A stretch of DNA of 64,000 nucleotides from Candidatus Omnitrophota bacterium (GTDB taxonomy: Bacteria > Omnitrophota > Gorgyraeia > Duberdicusellales > 4484-171), in the NCBI GenBank assembly GCA_024231025.1, contig JAAEQW010000312.1, positions 3,238 to 67,237 on the forward strand. Reading direction: 5' to 3'. The first letter of the stretch is position 1. Each line of letters begins with the position of its first letter. The position numbers were made by a program, and so were the translations under genes. This document shows, piece by piece, positions 37,949 to 47,529 of the stretch. The notes under the pieces were generated by a model, which ran no database searches, was not told where the DNA came from, and saw only the letters and a list, made by a program, of their open reading frames with translations.

Positions 37949-38758
37949 TTAGTTTCCTATTTTCAACGAAGAAAAAATCTTTTTCAGCATATACTGTGCC
38001 GAAAGTATAGCAAGGGTGCTGGTTTTAGGATTAACTGACGACGGAACATTCGCCACTTCAACGCAAATTTTTGCCTCTTTAGCATTAATTTCTATGCGAT
38101 GAGTATTTCTTTTTATTTTGGGATCAGCCTTAATGCAAACATTAACTTTACTGAAATTTGACACCAAAAGCAAGATTGCGGCAACATTTATATTTTTTGG
38201 AAAATGTTTTATCGCTTCGTTAACACTGCCATTGAATACAACTTTTTCTTTTTTCAAATTATTTAAATCTATTTTTTTATTCTTTAGATAGTCCGCGCCG
38301 ATCAATCCCTTTGGCGGTTTAGATGTAATCAGCGATATATCCTTTATATTGGCAACGCTTAGCGCACCTAAGCCATCGACCCCGCAAATCGCACCAGAAG
38401 GTATGTAAATATTGATTCCACACGCATCGGCTTTCTTGATTAACGCCTTATTCTCGATTAATGCTCCAACGCTTAAAATCATGACGTCTTTTTTATATTT
38501 GATCGCCTTAGCCAAAGTGAGCTTTGCCGCCTCTTTTGATGCCACCTCAACAATTAAATCAGCGCTCTTAATAAGGTCATCAAGCCCTAGAACTTTCGGA
38601 TGCGCTTTAAGTTTCTTTTTAAGAACGCATGCCTTTTCTGAATCAACATCACAAATCGCATAAATAAAAACTTTATCCTTTAGATTTTTGTCAACGAAAC
38701 AAGCTACCCCTGTGCCAATTCCTCCACAGCCAACAATACCAATTTTTGTTTTTTTCAT
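37949..38758 (-). CDS. nadX: L-aspartate dehydrogenase
   Basis: 269 aa, Rossmann IGIVGCGGIG plus segments PSGAICGVDGL, TSKPPKGL, VVFNGSVNEAIKHFPKNINVA, NVPSSVNPKTS co-linear with Thermotoga-type NadX as I recall it. Confidence 0.75.
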   Translation of the reverse strand: MKKTKIGIVGCGGIGTGVACFVDKNLKDKVFIYAICDVDSEKACVLKKKLKAHPKVLGLDDLIKSADLIVEVASKEAAKLTLAKAIKYKKDVMILSVGALIENKALIKKADACGINIYIPSGAICGVDGLGALSVANIKDISLITSKPPKGLIGADYLKNKKIDLNNLKKEKVVFNGSVNEAIKHFPKNINVAAILLLVSNFSKVNVCIKADPKIKRNTHRIEINAKEAKICVEVANVPSSVNPKTSTLAILSAQYMLKKIFSSLKIGN

Positions 38759-38777
38759 TTTGCTCTCCTGTTGTTGA

Positions 38778-39608
38778 TCATATTATTACGTTATCAATTA
38801 GACGAGTTTTTCCAATGTAAACCGCAATCGCAACTAATACCTTAGCCTCTACCTTTTTTATTTCCTGTAAATTGATAACATCAACTATTTTTACATAATC
38901 AATTTTGGCATTTTTTTTGGAAACAATTATTCTTTTCATCTCGGCAATGATTTTTTTAGGATCGCGAATGCCTCCTTTTACTAGAATTTTGGCTTGCTTC
39001 AAACTGGAATATAAGACTGCTGCGTCAGCGCGTTCTTTTTTGTTTAGGTACTGATTGCGCGAACTCATGGCTAAGCCGTCAACCTCTCTGACTATTGGTA
39101 AAACTTTTATTTTCAGGTCAAAATTCAAATCACGCACCATTTTTTTTATAATGCATGCCTGTTGATAATCCTTCTGACCAAAATAAGCAACATCGGCGCT
39201 AACGATATTAAAGAGCTTAGCAACAATTGTGCAGACACCTCCAAAATGATCCGGACGCGAATGTCCACACAAAACAGCACTTAGACCTTTGGGGTAAATA
39301 TAGGTTGAAAAATTATCCGGATAAATTTCTTTCGCCGATGGGCAAAAAATGACATCAACTTTTTCGCTCTTCAAGAGTTTTTTATCTTTTGCGAAATCTT
39401 TAGGGTATTTACTATAATCCTCACCAGGTCCAAACTGGGTAGGATTAACAAAAATGCTAACCACAACAAATCCGCACTCACGGCGACTGCGGCGCACCAA
39501 AGAAAGATGCCCTTGATGCAATGCACCCATTGTGGGTATAAAACCTACTGTTTTTTTGTTTTTACTGAGAATTTGCCTTAACTTTTGAGTAGTTTTTACA
39601 ACAATCAT
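38778..39608 (-). CDS. panC: pantoate--beta-alanine ligase
   Basis: 276 aa, PTMGALHQGHLSL HIGH-like motif, typical PanC length. Confidence 0.9.
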   Translation of the reverse strand: MIVVKTTQKLRQILSKNKKTVGFIPTMGALHQGHLSLVRRSRRECGFVVVSIFVNPTQFGPGEDYSKYPKDFAKDKKLLKSEKVDVIFCPSAKEIYPDNFSTYIYPKGLSAVLCGHSRPDHFGGVCTIVAKLFNIVSADVAYFGQKDYQQACIIKKMVRDLNFDLKIKVLPIVREVDGLAMSSRNQYLNKKERADAAVLYSSLKQAKILVKGGIRDPKKIIAEMKRIIVSKKNAKIDYVKIVDVINLQEIKKVEAKVLVAIAVYIGKTRLIDNVII

Positions 39609-40041
39609 TTAGGAGTTTGCTAATTTTTGGTTCTATTTCACGTAACGGAATCATCACAAAATCACGCTCAGCCATTCTAGGATGAGGAACTTTCAAGTTC
39701 GAATGATTGATTATTGTATCACCGTATAAAAGAATGTCCAAGTCAATTGTTCGAGGCCCATTTTTGATTAGCCGCTTACGCCCCAATCTTGCTTCAACGC
39801 TCTGCAAATAGCTTAATAAATCACCAGCAGATAAGGTTGTATTGATTTTGATAGCACCGTTTAGAAATTTGTTTTGCGGCGGTCCGCCTTGCGGTTCGCT
39901 TTCAATCAGGCGAGAGACTTTAACAATATCTATCTCTTTATTCTCTTCTAAAAACCTTAGCGCGCTAGCAATATTCTTATTGCGATCACCTAGGTTAGAG
40001 CCAACTCCAATAAAAACCTTTACGCATTCTTCCATCATCAA
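39562..40041 (-). CDS. folK: 2-amino-4-hydroxy-6-hydroxymethyldihydropteridine pyrophosphokinase
   Basis: 159 aa, HPPK motifs (VFIGVGSNLGDR, GPRTIDLDIL). Confidence 0.88.
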   Translation of the reverse strand: MMMEECVKVFIGVGSNLGDRNKNIASALRFLEENKEIDIVKVSRLIESEPQGGPPQNKFLNGAIKINTTLSAGDLLSYLQSVEARLGRKRLIKNGPRTIDLDILLYGDTIINHSNLKVPHPRMAERDFVMIPLREIEPKISKLLNDCCKNYSKVKANSQ

Positions 40042-40103
40042 TTAAATCATTTCTCACTTCCCACCCGAGGCGAACAAGCAAGATCTGACCCCGTTATTCT
40101 CTT

Positions 40104-40586
40104 TCAAGGGCTGACTCTGTTATCTTCGAAGTCCTCCAGTAAAGAAGAAACTTTCCCTAAACGCTTATCTATTTCCTTATCAATAAAATAATCTGGATCT
40201 TGACGCATTCTTTTTAACTCGATTATTCTCTTTTCTAGATTGCTGATCTTACTGTCTAAATTAGAGATTTTATTTTCATTTTTTATGTATTTCTTTATAA
40301 ATGGACGTAGTTGAGATTTCGCAACGTCATAAGGAATAGATTTCCTGTGATATTTAGCAACTATCTCGGATATCTGACCTCGAAGCTTTTTTCGCTCTAA
40401 AACTTTTTGATATTTATCTGGATTTTGTTTTTTTAGTGCTTCAAGATGCTTCTTTTCAATATCCTCAGCTTGTTGTTTCATCGCTCTAAACATTTTATTG
40501 GTATCAGATGTGCCAGTTGCTTGAGGGAAACAAACTGTGCAATAGCACGAGCAAAACACTAAAATAAAAAATGCTATTTTTGCCAT
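40104..40586 (-). CDS. secreted coiled-coil protein of unknown function
   Basis: 160 aa, signal peptide, Lys/Glu-rich helical repeats. Confidence 0.45.
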   Translation of the reverse strand: MAKIAFFILVFCSCYCTVCFPQATGTSDTNKMFRAMKQQAEDIEKKHLEALKKQNPDKYQKVLERKKLRGQISEIVAKYHRKSIPYDVAKSQLRPFIKKYIKNENKISNLDSKISNLEKRIIELKRMRQDPDYFIDKEIDKRLGKVSSLLEDFEDNRVSP

Positions 40587-40616
40587 ATCAATCTACCTTT
40601 CTTTTAGGATACCAGT

Positions 40617-42107
40617 TCAACGCTCTAACATTTTTAGCCTTTTCTCAATACTTGCTATACTCCTTCTTAACTCTTCATTCTCGGTCTCTAATCTTCCTAT
40701 TTCCTTATCTTTTTCAACTTTTAATTCTTGAATCGCTTCAGCCAAAATTGGAGTAAGCATGCCATAATCAAGACCATAATAACTCACTTCATCATTGGGG
40801 AAATCAACTACTTCCGGAATTATTTTCTTTACGTCTTGGGCTATAAAACCAATATTTTTTCCAACACCATCGTCCAATGATTTCCACTCAAAAGCAACCC
40901 CCTCTAAGGCAAGAGTTTTCTTTAAGCTATTCTTTATTGGTGTAATATTCTTTTTTTGCCTCCTGTCGGAAGGATAAGTTATTGCCACCACGCGAATTGG
41001 TTTATCTGTCCTCAAGCCATAATTTGATCCAGCAATCCAAGTAGTTGTAGCACCACCAGCAAGATTAGTCCAATCGAACCTTCCTCCATAAGCAGTACCT
41101 ATCCCAAGAATGCCTGTAAGACCATACCCAACAACACCAGTTGTAGGACCATACCCAATAACACCTTTATCGTTATTGCCAAGACCTGTAACACCGGCAG
41201 TATCACCAACGCCTGAAACGCCAGCCGCAATACCAGTTCCCATAATAGCGACATTATCAGTCGAAACAACATGGAGTTTACATCCTGGATCGGATTTATT
41301 AATACCGACATCGCCATCACCAGTTATCCTCATGCTTTCAGCACCATTAGTAGCAAACCTAAGTGGTCGATCACCATAAGACCACACCCCCGCACTAGCA
41401 TTGCTAGAATAAAAGTCTACATAATCAAAACCACTACGTTGGAGTCTTATATCAGCAGTAGCACCATTTCGTACAATGTGTAATTCTTGACCAGGAGTTA
41501 TTGTTCCAATACCAACATTACCGTTTCCTCTATTTATTGTTAGTGCAGCCACGCCAACAGCGCTATTGCTATGGCGCATTATGTTAAAAGAAAAATTAGT
41601 CAAACCGGTCATATTCGCTCCAGGAAATATTGCACTATTATTACTCTCATAAACAAGAGAAAAGCCATCTCTTCGATTATCATCTTCTTTAAAAAATATT
41701 CTTGAGCTTGTTCTGTCTGAGCTAGTACGATAAGTATGAAACTCCAGCCCTTCAGTATCACTAGCAGAAGCATATAAATTAAAATTAGCACCTTGAGGAA
41801 CGTTACTAATAGGACCAGTGGCAGTTAGTACCGCACTATCCACACCTCTAACGTGGAGTTGCGCGCTAGGAGCCGTTAGACCAATACCAGCCCTTCCCTC
41901 TACCACTAAGTCCGCATCATTGTTTATTGTTCCGCCCCAATCATTTTGGTTCTCATCAAAATAGGTATCTCCAATAGCCATCTTTTTGGAACGCAGCTCG
42001 TTGTAAACACCATACGGTGCCGGATAATAAGTTGTAATTGTCAGAGTTTCAGCAAATAAAATAATCGGCACGCATAAAAGGACTAAACATAAAAACATTT
42101 TTTTCAT
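40617..42107 (-). CDS. secreted phage-tail-fibre-like protein with C-terminal intramolecular chaperone (peptidase S74-like) domain and terminal coiled coil
   Basis: 496 aa, signal peptide. Repeated VGIGT..P...LHV beta-helix motifs and a Gly-rich stretch. C-terminal SDRRQKKNITPI...LEGVAFEW...GFIAQDV...P..V matches the self-cleaving chaperone-of-endosialidase signature SD.R.K.NI. Confidence 0.65.
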   Translation of the reverse strand: MKKMFLCLVLLCVPIILFAETLTITTYYPAPYGVYNELRSKKMAIGDTYFDENQNDWGGTINNDADLVVEGRAGIGLTAPSAQLHVRGVDSAVLTATGPISNVPQGANFNLYASASDTEGLEFHTYRTSSDRTSSRIFFKEDDNRRDGFSLVYESNNSAIFPGANMTGLTNFSFNIMRHSNSAVGVAALTINRGNGNVGIGTITPGQELHIVRNGATADIRLQRSGFDYVDFYSSNASAGVWSYGDRPLRFATNGAESMRITGDGDVGINKSDPGCKLHVVSTDNVAIMGTGIAAGVSGVGDTAGVTGLGNNDKGVIGYGPTTGVVGYGLTGILGIGTAYGGRFDWTNLAGGATTTWIAGSNYGLRTDKPIRVVAITYPSDRRQKKNITPIKNSLKKTLALEGVAFEWKSLDDGVGKNIGFIAQDVKKIIPEVVDFPNDEVSYYGLDYGMLTPILAEAIQELKVEKDKEIGRLETENEELRRSIASIEKRLKMLER

Positions 42108-42162
42108 AACTACCTCCTAAAATTACAATCTAAAGTCGCTTAAGAATCACACAGCAATAATC

Positions 42163-42268
42163 AAGATACAAGACACAATAACCAAACAATGACCAATAAC
42201 CAAATTCAAATAACCAAGCGGTTTGGTAATTGAATATTGAAATTTGTTTGTATCTTGTAACTTGTATC
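42163..42268. repeat. intergenic repeat family R2, copy b
   Basis: CAAGATACAAGACACAATAACCAAACAATGACCAATAACCAAATTCAAATAACCAAGCGGTTTGGTAATTGAATATTGAAATTTGT...TTGTATCTTGTAACTTGTATCTTG is virtually identical to the reverse complement of 44333-44473. Confidence 0.8.
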
Positions 42269-42370
42269 TTGTTTCTTATATCCCTATCTTTTTCGCCACC
42301 TTATTTATACCATTAAATCAACTTATAATCAAGTTGCGTAATCGGTCAAAAACTCTTATTTCATAAGAGA

Positions 42371-43522
42371 TTATAACAAATTAATCGCCTCTTTAAGGCA
42401 CTTTACATCCACCGTAAGCGCAAAGCGAATATACCCTTCACCGTACTTACCAAATCCTAATCCCGGAGTGGCAACAATACCCTTTTTCATGAGCTCTTTC
42501 GCGAAATCTATTGAAGACTTATTACCTTTGGGTAATTTCGCCCAAACATAAAACGTGCTATCGGCGTGTATATCCTTAAATCCTTTTGCCCGTAAACCTT
42601 TTACAAAGACATCTCTTCTGTTTTTAATAGTTTTTCTCAAACGATTAACATAATCGGCCTCATTAGAAAGAGCATAAGCCGCGGCATCTTGAACCGCGCT
42701 GAATATTCCTGAATCAAGGTTAGCCTTTACTTTCGCCAGCCCTTTAATCAGCTCGCTACCTCCACATGCCCATCCAACACGAAAACCAGTCATGCAAAAT
42801 GTTTTAGAATGTGAATGAAACCCAACCGCCACCTCTTTAGCGCCTTTCACCTCAAAAATACTGTGCGGCTTCTTATCAAAATAAACTTCCGAGTAGGCAT
42901 TGTCATAAGCAATAATAATTCCATACTTTGCACAAAATTTAACCACCTTGCGTAAAAAACTTAGTGGCGCAATCGCAGTTGTCGGATTATTAGGATAATT
43001 TAGGTAAATAAGCTTTGCTTTATTTCTTACTTTAAGAGGAATCTTATCTAAATCAGGAAGAAAGTTGTTTTCAGCTAAAAGCGGCACTTCATATGCATTA
43101 GCACCGGCAAAAAGTGCAGCGCTTCGATACCCCGGATATCCGGGCGAAGGAATTAAAACATAATCCCCTGGATTAACAAACCCTAGCGGAAAATGCACCA
43201 ATCCTTCTTTTGAACCAATAAGCGGTAGAATTTCGCTATCGACATCTAAAGAAACATTAAATCTTTTTTTAAACCAACTTTTAATTGTTTTTTTGAATTC
43301 CGGCTTACCCTGATCAAGCGCATACTTCTGATTAGCCTTAATTTTTGCTGAATCATACAGAACCTTATTCACCTGCTTCGGCGCCAATATGTCTGGATCA
43401 CCAATACTTAAGTCAATAAAGTTAACTTTCTTTTTCCTTAATTCACCCTTTTTTCTGTCGATTTCTGCGAATAAATACGGCGGTAAATCTTGCAATCTCT
43501 TCGACCATTGAAACTTTCCCAT
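42371..43522 (-). CDS. dapL: PLP-dependent aminotransferase, probably LL-diaminopimelate aminotransferase (DapL-type)
   Basis: 383 aa class-I aminotransferase (SHSKTFCMTGFRVGW lysine region), N-terminal LPPYLFAEID reminiscent of DapL, adjacent to dapB. Confidence 0.55.
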   Translation of the reverse strand: MGKFQWSKRLQDLPPYLFAEIDRKKGELRKKKVNFIDLSIGDPDILAPKQVNKVLYDSAKIKANQKYALDQGKPEFKKTIKSWFKKRFNVSLDVDSEILPLIGSKEGLVHFPLGFVNPGDYVLIPSPGYPGYRSAALFAGANAYEVPLLAENNFLPDLDKIPLKVRNKAKLIYLNYPNNPTTAIAPLSFLRKVVKFCAKYGIIIAYDNAYSEVYFDKKPHSIFEVKGAKEVAVGFHSHSKTFCMTGFRVGWACGGSELIKGLAKVKANLDSGIFSAVQDAAAYALSNEADYVNRLRKTIKNRRDVFVKGLRAKGFKDIHADSTFYVWAKLPKGNKSSIDFAKELMKKGIVATPGLGFGKYGEGYIRFALTVDVKCLKEAINLL

Positions 43523-43574
43523 AATACTCCTTTCCTAAAACCACGTTACCTTTGGGGTTTGGTAACGGGGTTAA

Positions 43575-44291
43575 TTAATTTGAATCGAATAGAACGTTTT
43601 GCATTGAATATAATCCAGGTTGCTTGTTGATAAGCCATTTTGCCGCTGTAATTGCGCCTTTGGCAAAAATATCGCGTGTTTTTGCTGAGTGAAAAAGTTC
43701 GATTTTATCAACATCACTTTCAAAAGTAACTTTATGATCTCCGATTATCTCTCCTTCTCTAATTGCTGAAATATCAGGGGTTCTTATGCTAAAGCCCTGA
43801 TCGTTTATAACTTGGGCAATCTTTTTTGCCGTTCCCGACGGAGAATCTTTTTTGTGAATATGATGAGCTTCTTCAATCGCAACGCTATATCCAGAAAGCG
43901 CAGCGGCTGCGTCTTTCAATAGTTTAAAAAGTATGTTTACCCCAACGCTCATGTTTGGCGAATAAACAATGGGTATACTTTTTGCCGCCTGCTCAATCAT
44001 TGTGCCTTCATCAGTTTTAAGTCCGGTTGTACCAATAACAACCGGAACTTTGTACTTAACGAAATAATCTAAATGATCTAAAGTTGCCTGAGGTGAAGTA
44101 AACTCAATAAAACATTCGCATTTTTCTACGTCTTTAAGGTCACAAGTAATCGCTATGCCTTGTGACTTTCCTACATCAGGATGGTCAGCGCTTTCCAGAC
44201 CTACAACAACATCGCAAGAAGGGTCCTCATTAGCTAAATGAAGAATTCTCATTCCCATTTTACCGCATACACCGCTTATTCCTAACTTCAT
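43575..44291 (-). CDS. dapB: 4-hydroxy-tetrahydrodipicolinate reductase
   Basis: 238 aa, N-terminal GxxGxxG (GISGVCGKMG), conserved EAHHIHKKDSPSGTA motif. Confidence 0.9.
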   Translation of the reverse strand: MKLGISGVCGKMGMRILHLANEDPSCDVVVGLESADHPDVGKSQGIAITCDLKDVEKCECFIEFTSPQATLDHLDYFVKYKVPVVIGTTGLKTDEGTMIEQAAKSIPIVYSPNMSVGVNILFKLLKDAAAALSGYSVAIEEAHHIHKKDSPSGTAKKIAQVINDQGFSIRTPDISAIREGEIIGDHKVTFESDVDKIELFHSAKTRDIFAKGAITAAKWLINKQPGLYSMQNVLFDSN

Positions 44292-44332
44292 TATTATCCT
44301 CCTGGTACAATATGTTTGTTAAATAATTAAGT

Positions 44333-44473
44333 TACAAGATACAAGTTACAAGATACCCGCCTGCCGGCGGGCAGGCAAACAAATTACAAATTTCAATATT
44401 CAATTACCAAACCGCTTGGTTATTTGAATTTGGTTATTGGTCATTGTTTGGTTATTGTGTCTTGTGTCTTGGT
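44333..44473. repeat. intergenic repeat family R2, copy c (inverted relative to copy b, carries the GC hairpin insertion)
   Basis: Reverse complement matches 42163-42268 nearly base for base, plus inserted CCCGCCTGCCGGCGGGCAGGC hairpin segment. Confidence 0.8.
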
Positions 44474-44490
44474 TATTTTTATATCGCTTC

Positions 44491-46281
44491 TCACTGCATA
44501 TTATTATTTTTCAGTATTGCTACTCCAAATTCATTACTCGTAAATGGAAACGGTCCGATTACTTTTTCGGATGAATAATTTTTCATTATCCACTTAAAAA
44601 GATCCGTTCCATAGTCAAGACCAAAACGAGACGCCCCATGTTCAGATGTAATGCGCTGAACAATAACAACGTAGTCAGCACTAGATTTGATAAAATCTCC
44701 AATAACATCTTTTTCATCAACAATCGAAAAAAGTGCAGGCGTAAACGACACATGTCGCATGGGATTCATGCGCTTGGAAAGATAATTTATTCCTGCACCT
44801 TCTGGAACAACTACCACTGTAGCATCTCTTGGTGTATTTTTCAATAAATATACTATCGCACTTAGCGTGCGAAAATTAAGCATATCTTCCTGTACCGTAA
44901 CAACATTATCGCCATCGCGCATAACCAAATTTCTACTTAAATATAAACTATGCGATACTCTCCACCAGGAAAGCGCACTCATCGCACAGATAAAAATCAG
45001 CACGAACGAAAAAAATCTTCTAGGAACATCAGGGAAATACCGCTTTAAAATAACATCAAAACCCTTAAAGAAAAATATATAATAAGCCGCCAAGGAAATC
45101 GGCACTAAGTAAAATCCATAATGATGTGCGGTAATATGGAAAATAACTCGAATTAACAAAGCTAGTGACACCAAGCACAACGCGAATAACACCATCCACT
45201 TCGGATGGTTTAGGCGAAAAATCCCGATCAGAGAAACAACTGCACCAATAATCAAAAAGATCTGCATTGGTAAAAACTGAAAGCTTCTCACCGCAATAAC
45301 GCCCATTACCTGCTCAATAACAACAAAACCTATTAAAACTAACGGTAAAAGAAAATAGAATGCCTTTCGCCCACAAGAAAAAAAAGGCGTAATCCAGCAA
45401 GTAAATAATGCCAACGCTATAAATACTATATAGAAAATAAACGATTGGGCTATGTTAGCGCAACTATTTTTGAAATCCGTCAAACCCATTATTTCAGCCA
45501 CAAACGAACTATTTTTTGTAGCAAGAATATGATCGATGATCGCCTCTTTAAATCCGCTAAAACTACCGGTAAAAATCATAAATACCGAATAACCCACTAA
45601 AGCAAAAATTATTGGCGCAAACAGAATAAAAACGATTTTCCACTCTTTTCTATTCTTGATAGCATATACCAACCCTGAAATTAAAAAAGCTCCCCAAACC
45701 AATAGCGGCAAAAGAATACGGCAGGAAAAAGCAAAAAACATAAAAATGGCCCACGCAAAAAGATAATTTTTTCTTTGAGTTAATAAGAACTTTAAGAAAA
45801 AATATAGCGCATAAATGGTAAATACGATAAAGGTAGTTGAGGCAAAACTATACGGTAATATAAAATTAAAGATGCCGTGGTAACAATATTGCCCGAAAGC
45901 AAAAACAAAGAGAAAATTAACTACAAGAACCGTTGAGACAACCCTATCCAGAAACAATCGTGATATCCTATAAAGAGCTACCGAAAAAGCCAACGTTAAA
46001 ATAATCCCATAAAAAACAAAAACCGCCAAATGATTGCCAAGTAAACCTACAAATGCCGCCAAAAGATACGGCGGCAGAATACCATATTCATATAAGATGT
46101 CACGGTACAAAACCGAACCATTAAGTATTTTTGTTGCTATTAGTGGATCACGGAAGGTATCAACTAAAATATTACCCCATCGCGAGAAAGAAACCGAAAA
46201 AAGATAAATAAAAGACTGCAAAATTATAATCGGCGGCAATATTCTGGGACTTACTTTAACCTCTTTACTGAAAAAACTCAT
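44491..46281 (-). CDS. polytopic membrane protein, putative GT-C-fold glycosyltransferase (ArnT/PMT/oligosaccharyltransferase-like architecture)
   Basis: 596 aa, about 12 predicted TM helices, soluble ~150 aa C-terminal domain; first gene-side neighbour of the sugar cluster. Confidence 0.4.
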   Translation of the reverse strand: MSFFSKEVKVSPRILPPIIILQSFIYLFSVSFSRWGNILVDTFRDPLIATKILNGSVLYRDILYEYGILPPYLLAAFVGLLGNHLAVFVFYGIILTLAFSVALYRISRLFLDRVVSTVLVVNFLFVFAFGQYCYHGIFNFILPYSFASTTFIVFTIYALYFFLKFLLTQRKNYLFAWAIFMFFAFSCRILLPLLVWGAFLISGLVYAIKNRKEWKIVFILFAPIIFALVGYSVFMIFTGSFSGFKEAIIDHILATKNSSFVAEIMGLTDFKNSCANIAQSFIFYIVFIALALFTCWITPFFSCGRKAFYFLLPLVLIGFVVIEQVMGVIAVRSFQFLPMQIFLIIGAVVSLIGIFRLNHPKWMVLFALCLVSLALLIRVIFHITAHHYGFYLVPISLAAYYIFFFKGFDVILKRYFPDVPRRFFSFVLIFICAMSALSWWRVSHSLYLSRNLVMRDGDNVVTVQEDMLNFRTLSAIVYLLKNTPRDATVVVVPEGAGINYLSKRMNPMRHVSFTPALFSIVDEKDVIGDFIKSSADYVVIVQRITSEHGASRFGLDYGTDLFKWIMKNYSSEKVIGPFPFTSNEFGVAILKNNNMQ

Positions 46282-47288
46282 AAAACATCATTAACGCATT
46301 CGTCCTGATTGTAAAAAATAATTTGGCTGCCTAAATTTTCAAATCGAAACGGCACATACAAAAGAGGTTTCAATTTTTCTTTTATTTTTTCACGCAGTTC
46401 GGGTTTTGAGAAAATCAGCATAAATCCTCCACCTCCGGCACCAAGCAGTTTCCCCCCCAATGCCCCGGCACTCAACGCGGTACTATACGCCTGGTCAACA
46501 TCAGAATTAGTAATTTTTTGCGTTAAGGTGCGTTTTATTTTCCAGTTTTCATCAAGAAGCTTTCCAAATTCATCAAGGCTCGTGGCGTCATCGGCTAAAG
46601 CATTAATAGCGTGTTCGGTCATTTGCATCAGGCGCTTAAGCGAGCTGGTGTTATTAGGAATATTCTCGATCTGTTCTTTCGCCAAAACAGATGCCCGGCG
46701 CGGAAAGCCAACAAAAAACAACATTAAATGCTTTTGCAGTTCAGCCAATTTATTAGCATTCATAATCAGCGGCTCCACTTCAAAACCTTGTTGTTTATTA
46801 AACGTTACCTTATTAAAACCGCCAAAAGAAGCAATTGTTTGATCTTGAGAGCCAACACTTTCGCCAATCAAATTCTGCTCAACGTGTATCGCGTCTTTTG
46901 CAAGTTGACGGCGAGTAATCATTTTGCCCCGCAAAGCATAAAGCGCTTGCAAAAGGCCAACTGAAAATGACGAACTCGAACCGAGCCCGCTCATTGCCGG
47001 TAAATCGGCATTATGCTGCACCTCTACTCCGCGATCAATTTTTAGAAATTTTAAACATTCTCGCACAGAAGGATGTTTTATTTGATCAATCGTTTCAGTT
47101 TCTTCGCGCACGCTATAACGAATTCTAAATTTATAATCAAAAAAAGGAGGTAAATAGCGGCAAGTGATATATCCGTACTTATCAATTGAAGTAGTTAGCA
47201 CAACACCTCCGTGCTCATTGTACCAATCGGGATAATCGGTACCACCGCCAAAAAATGACACTCTAAAAGGGGTTCTAACAATAATCAT
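46278..47288 (-). CDS. GHMP-family sugar kinase (D-glycero-D-manno-heptose 7-phosphate kinase HddA-like)
   Basis: 336 aa, N-terminus IVRTPFRVSFFGGGTDYPDW and GHMP ATP-binding loop PAMSGLGSSSSF. Confidence 0.65.
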   Translation of the reverse strand: MIIVRTPFRVSFFGGGTDYPDWYNEHGGVVLTTSIDKYGYITCRYLPPFFDYKFRIRYSVREETETIDQIKHPSVRECLKFLKIDRGVEVQHNADLPAMSGLGSSSSFSVGLLQALYALRGKMITRRQLAKDAIHVEQNLIGESVGSQDQTIASFGGFNKVTFNKQQGFEVEPLIMNANKLAELQKHLMLFFVGFPRRASVLAKEQIENIPNNTSSLKRLMQMTEHAINALADDATSLDEFGKLLDENWKIKRTLTQKITNSDVDQAYSTALSAGALGGKLLGAGGGGFMLIFSKPELREKIKEKLKPLLYVPFRFENLGSQIIFYNQDECVNDVL

Positions 47289-47529
47289 ACATCTTCTCCT
47301 GATATAGATTTATTAAAAATAACTAATAGCTAAAAACGAAAAACTTAAAACCATATCTCAAAACTTAAAATTTCTCCGAAAATTCTTGAAATCCATCAAG
47401 ACCTTAACCGTTTTTAACTTTACGCTATGGTTTTACGGTTTACGCTCTCAGTTTCACGTTTTATTACTTAATTGCAAGAAACATCCGGCAAAAAAAGTAA
47501 AAACACTTTTTTACTTCTTATCTCTGTCC

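Noticed and set aside
40617-42107. Prophage at the tail-fibre-like gene
   Set aside because: No capsid, portal, terminase, integrase or lysis genes on either side; a single fibre-like gene is insufficient.
42163-44473. CRISPR array interpretation of the GTAACTTGTATCTTGT-type iterations
   Set aside because: Repeats are short, irregular, AT-rich and lack uniform spacers; no cas genes in the window.
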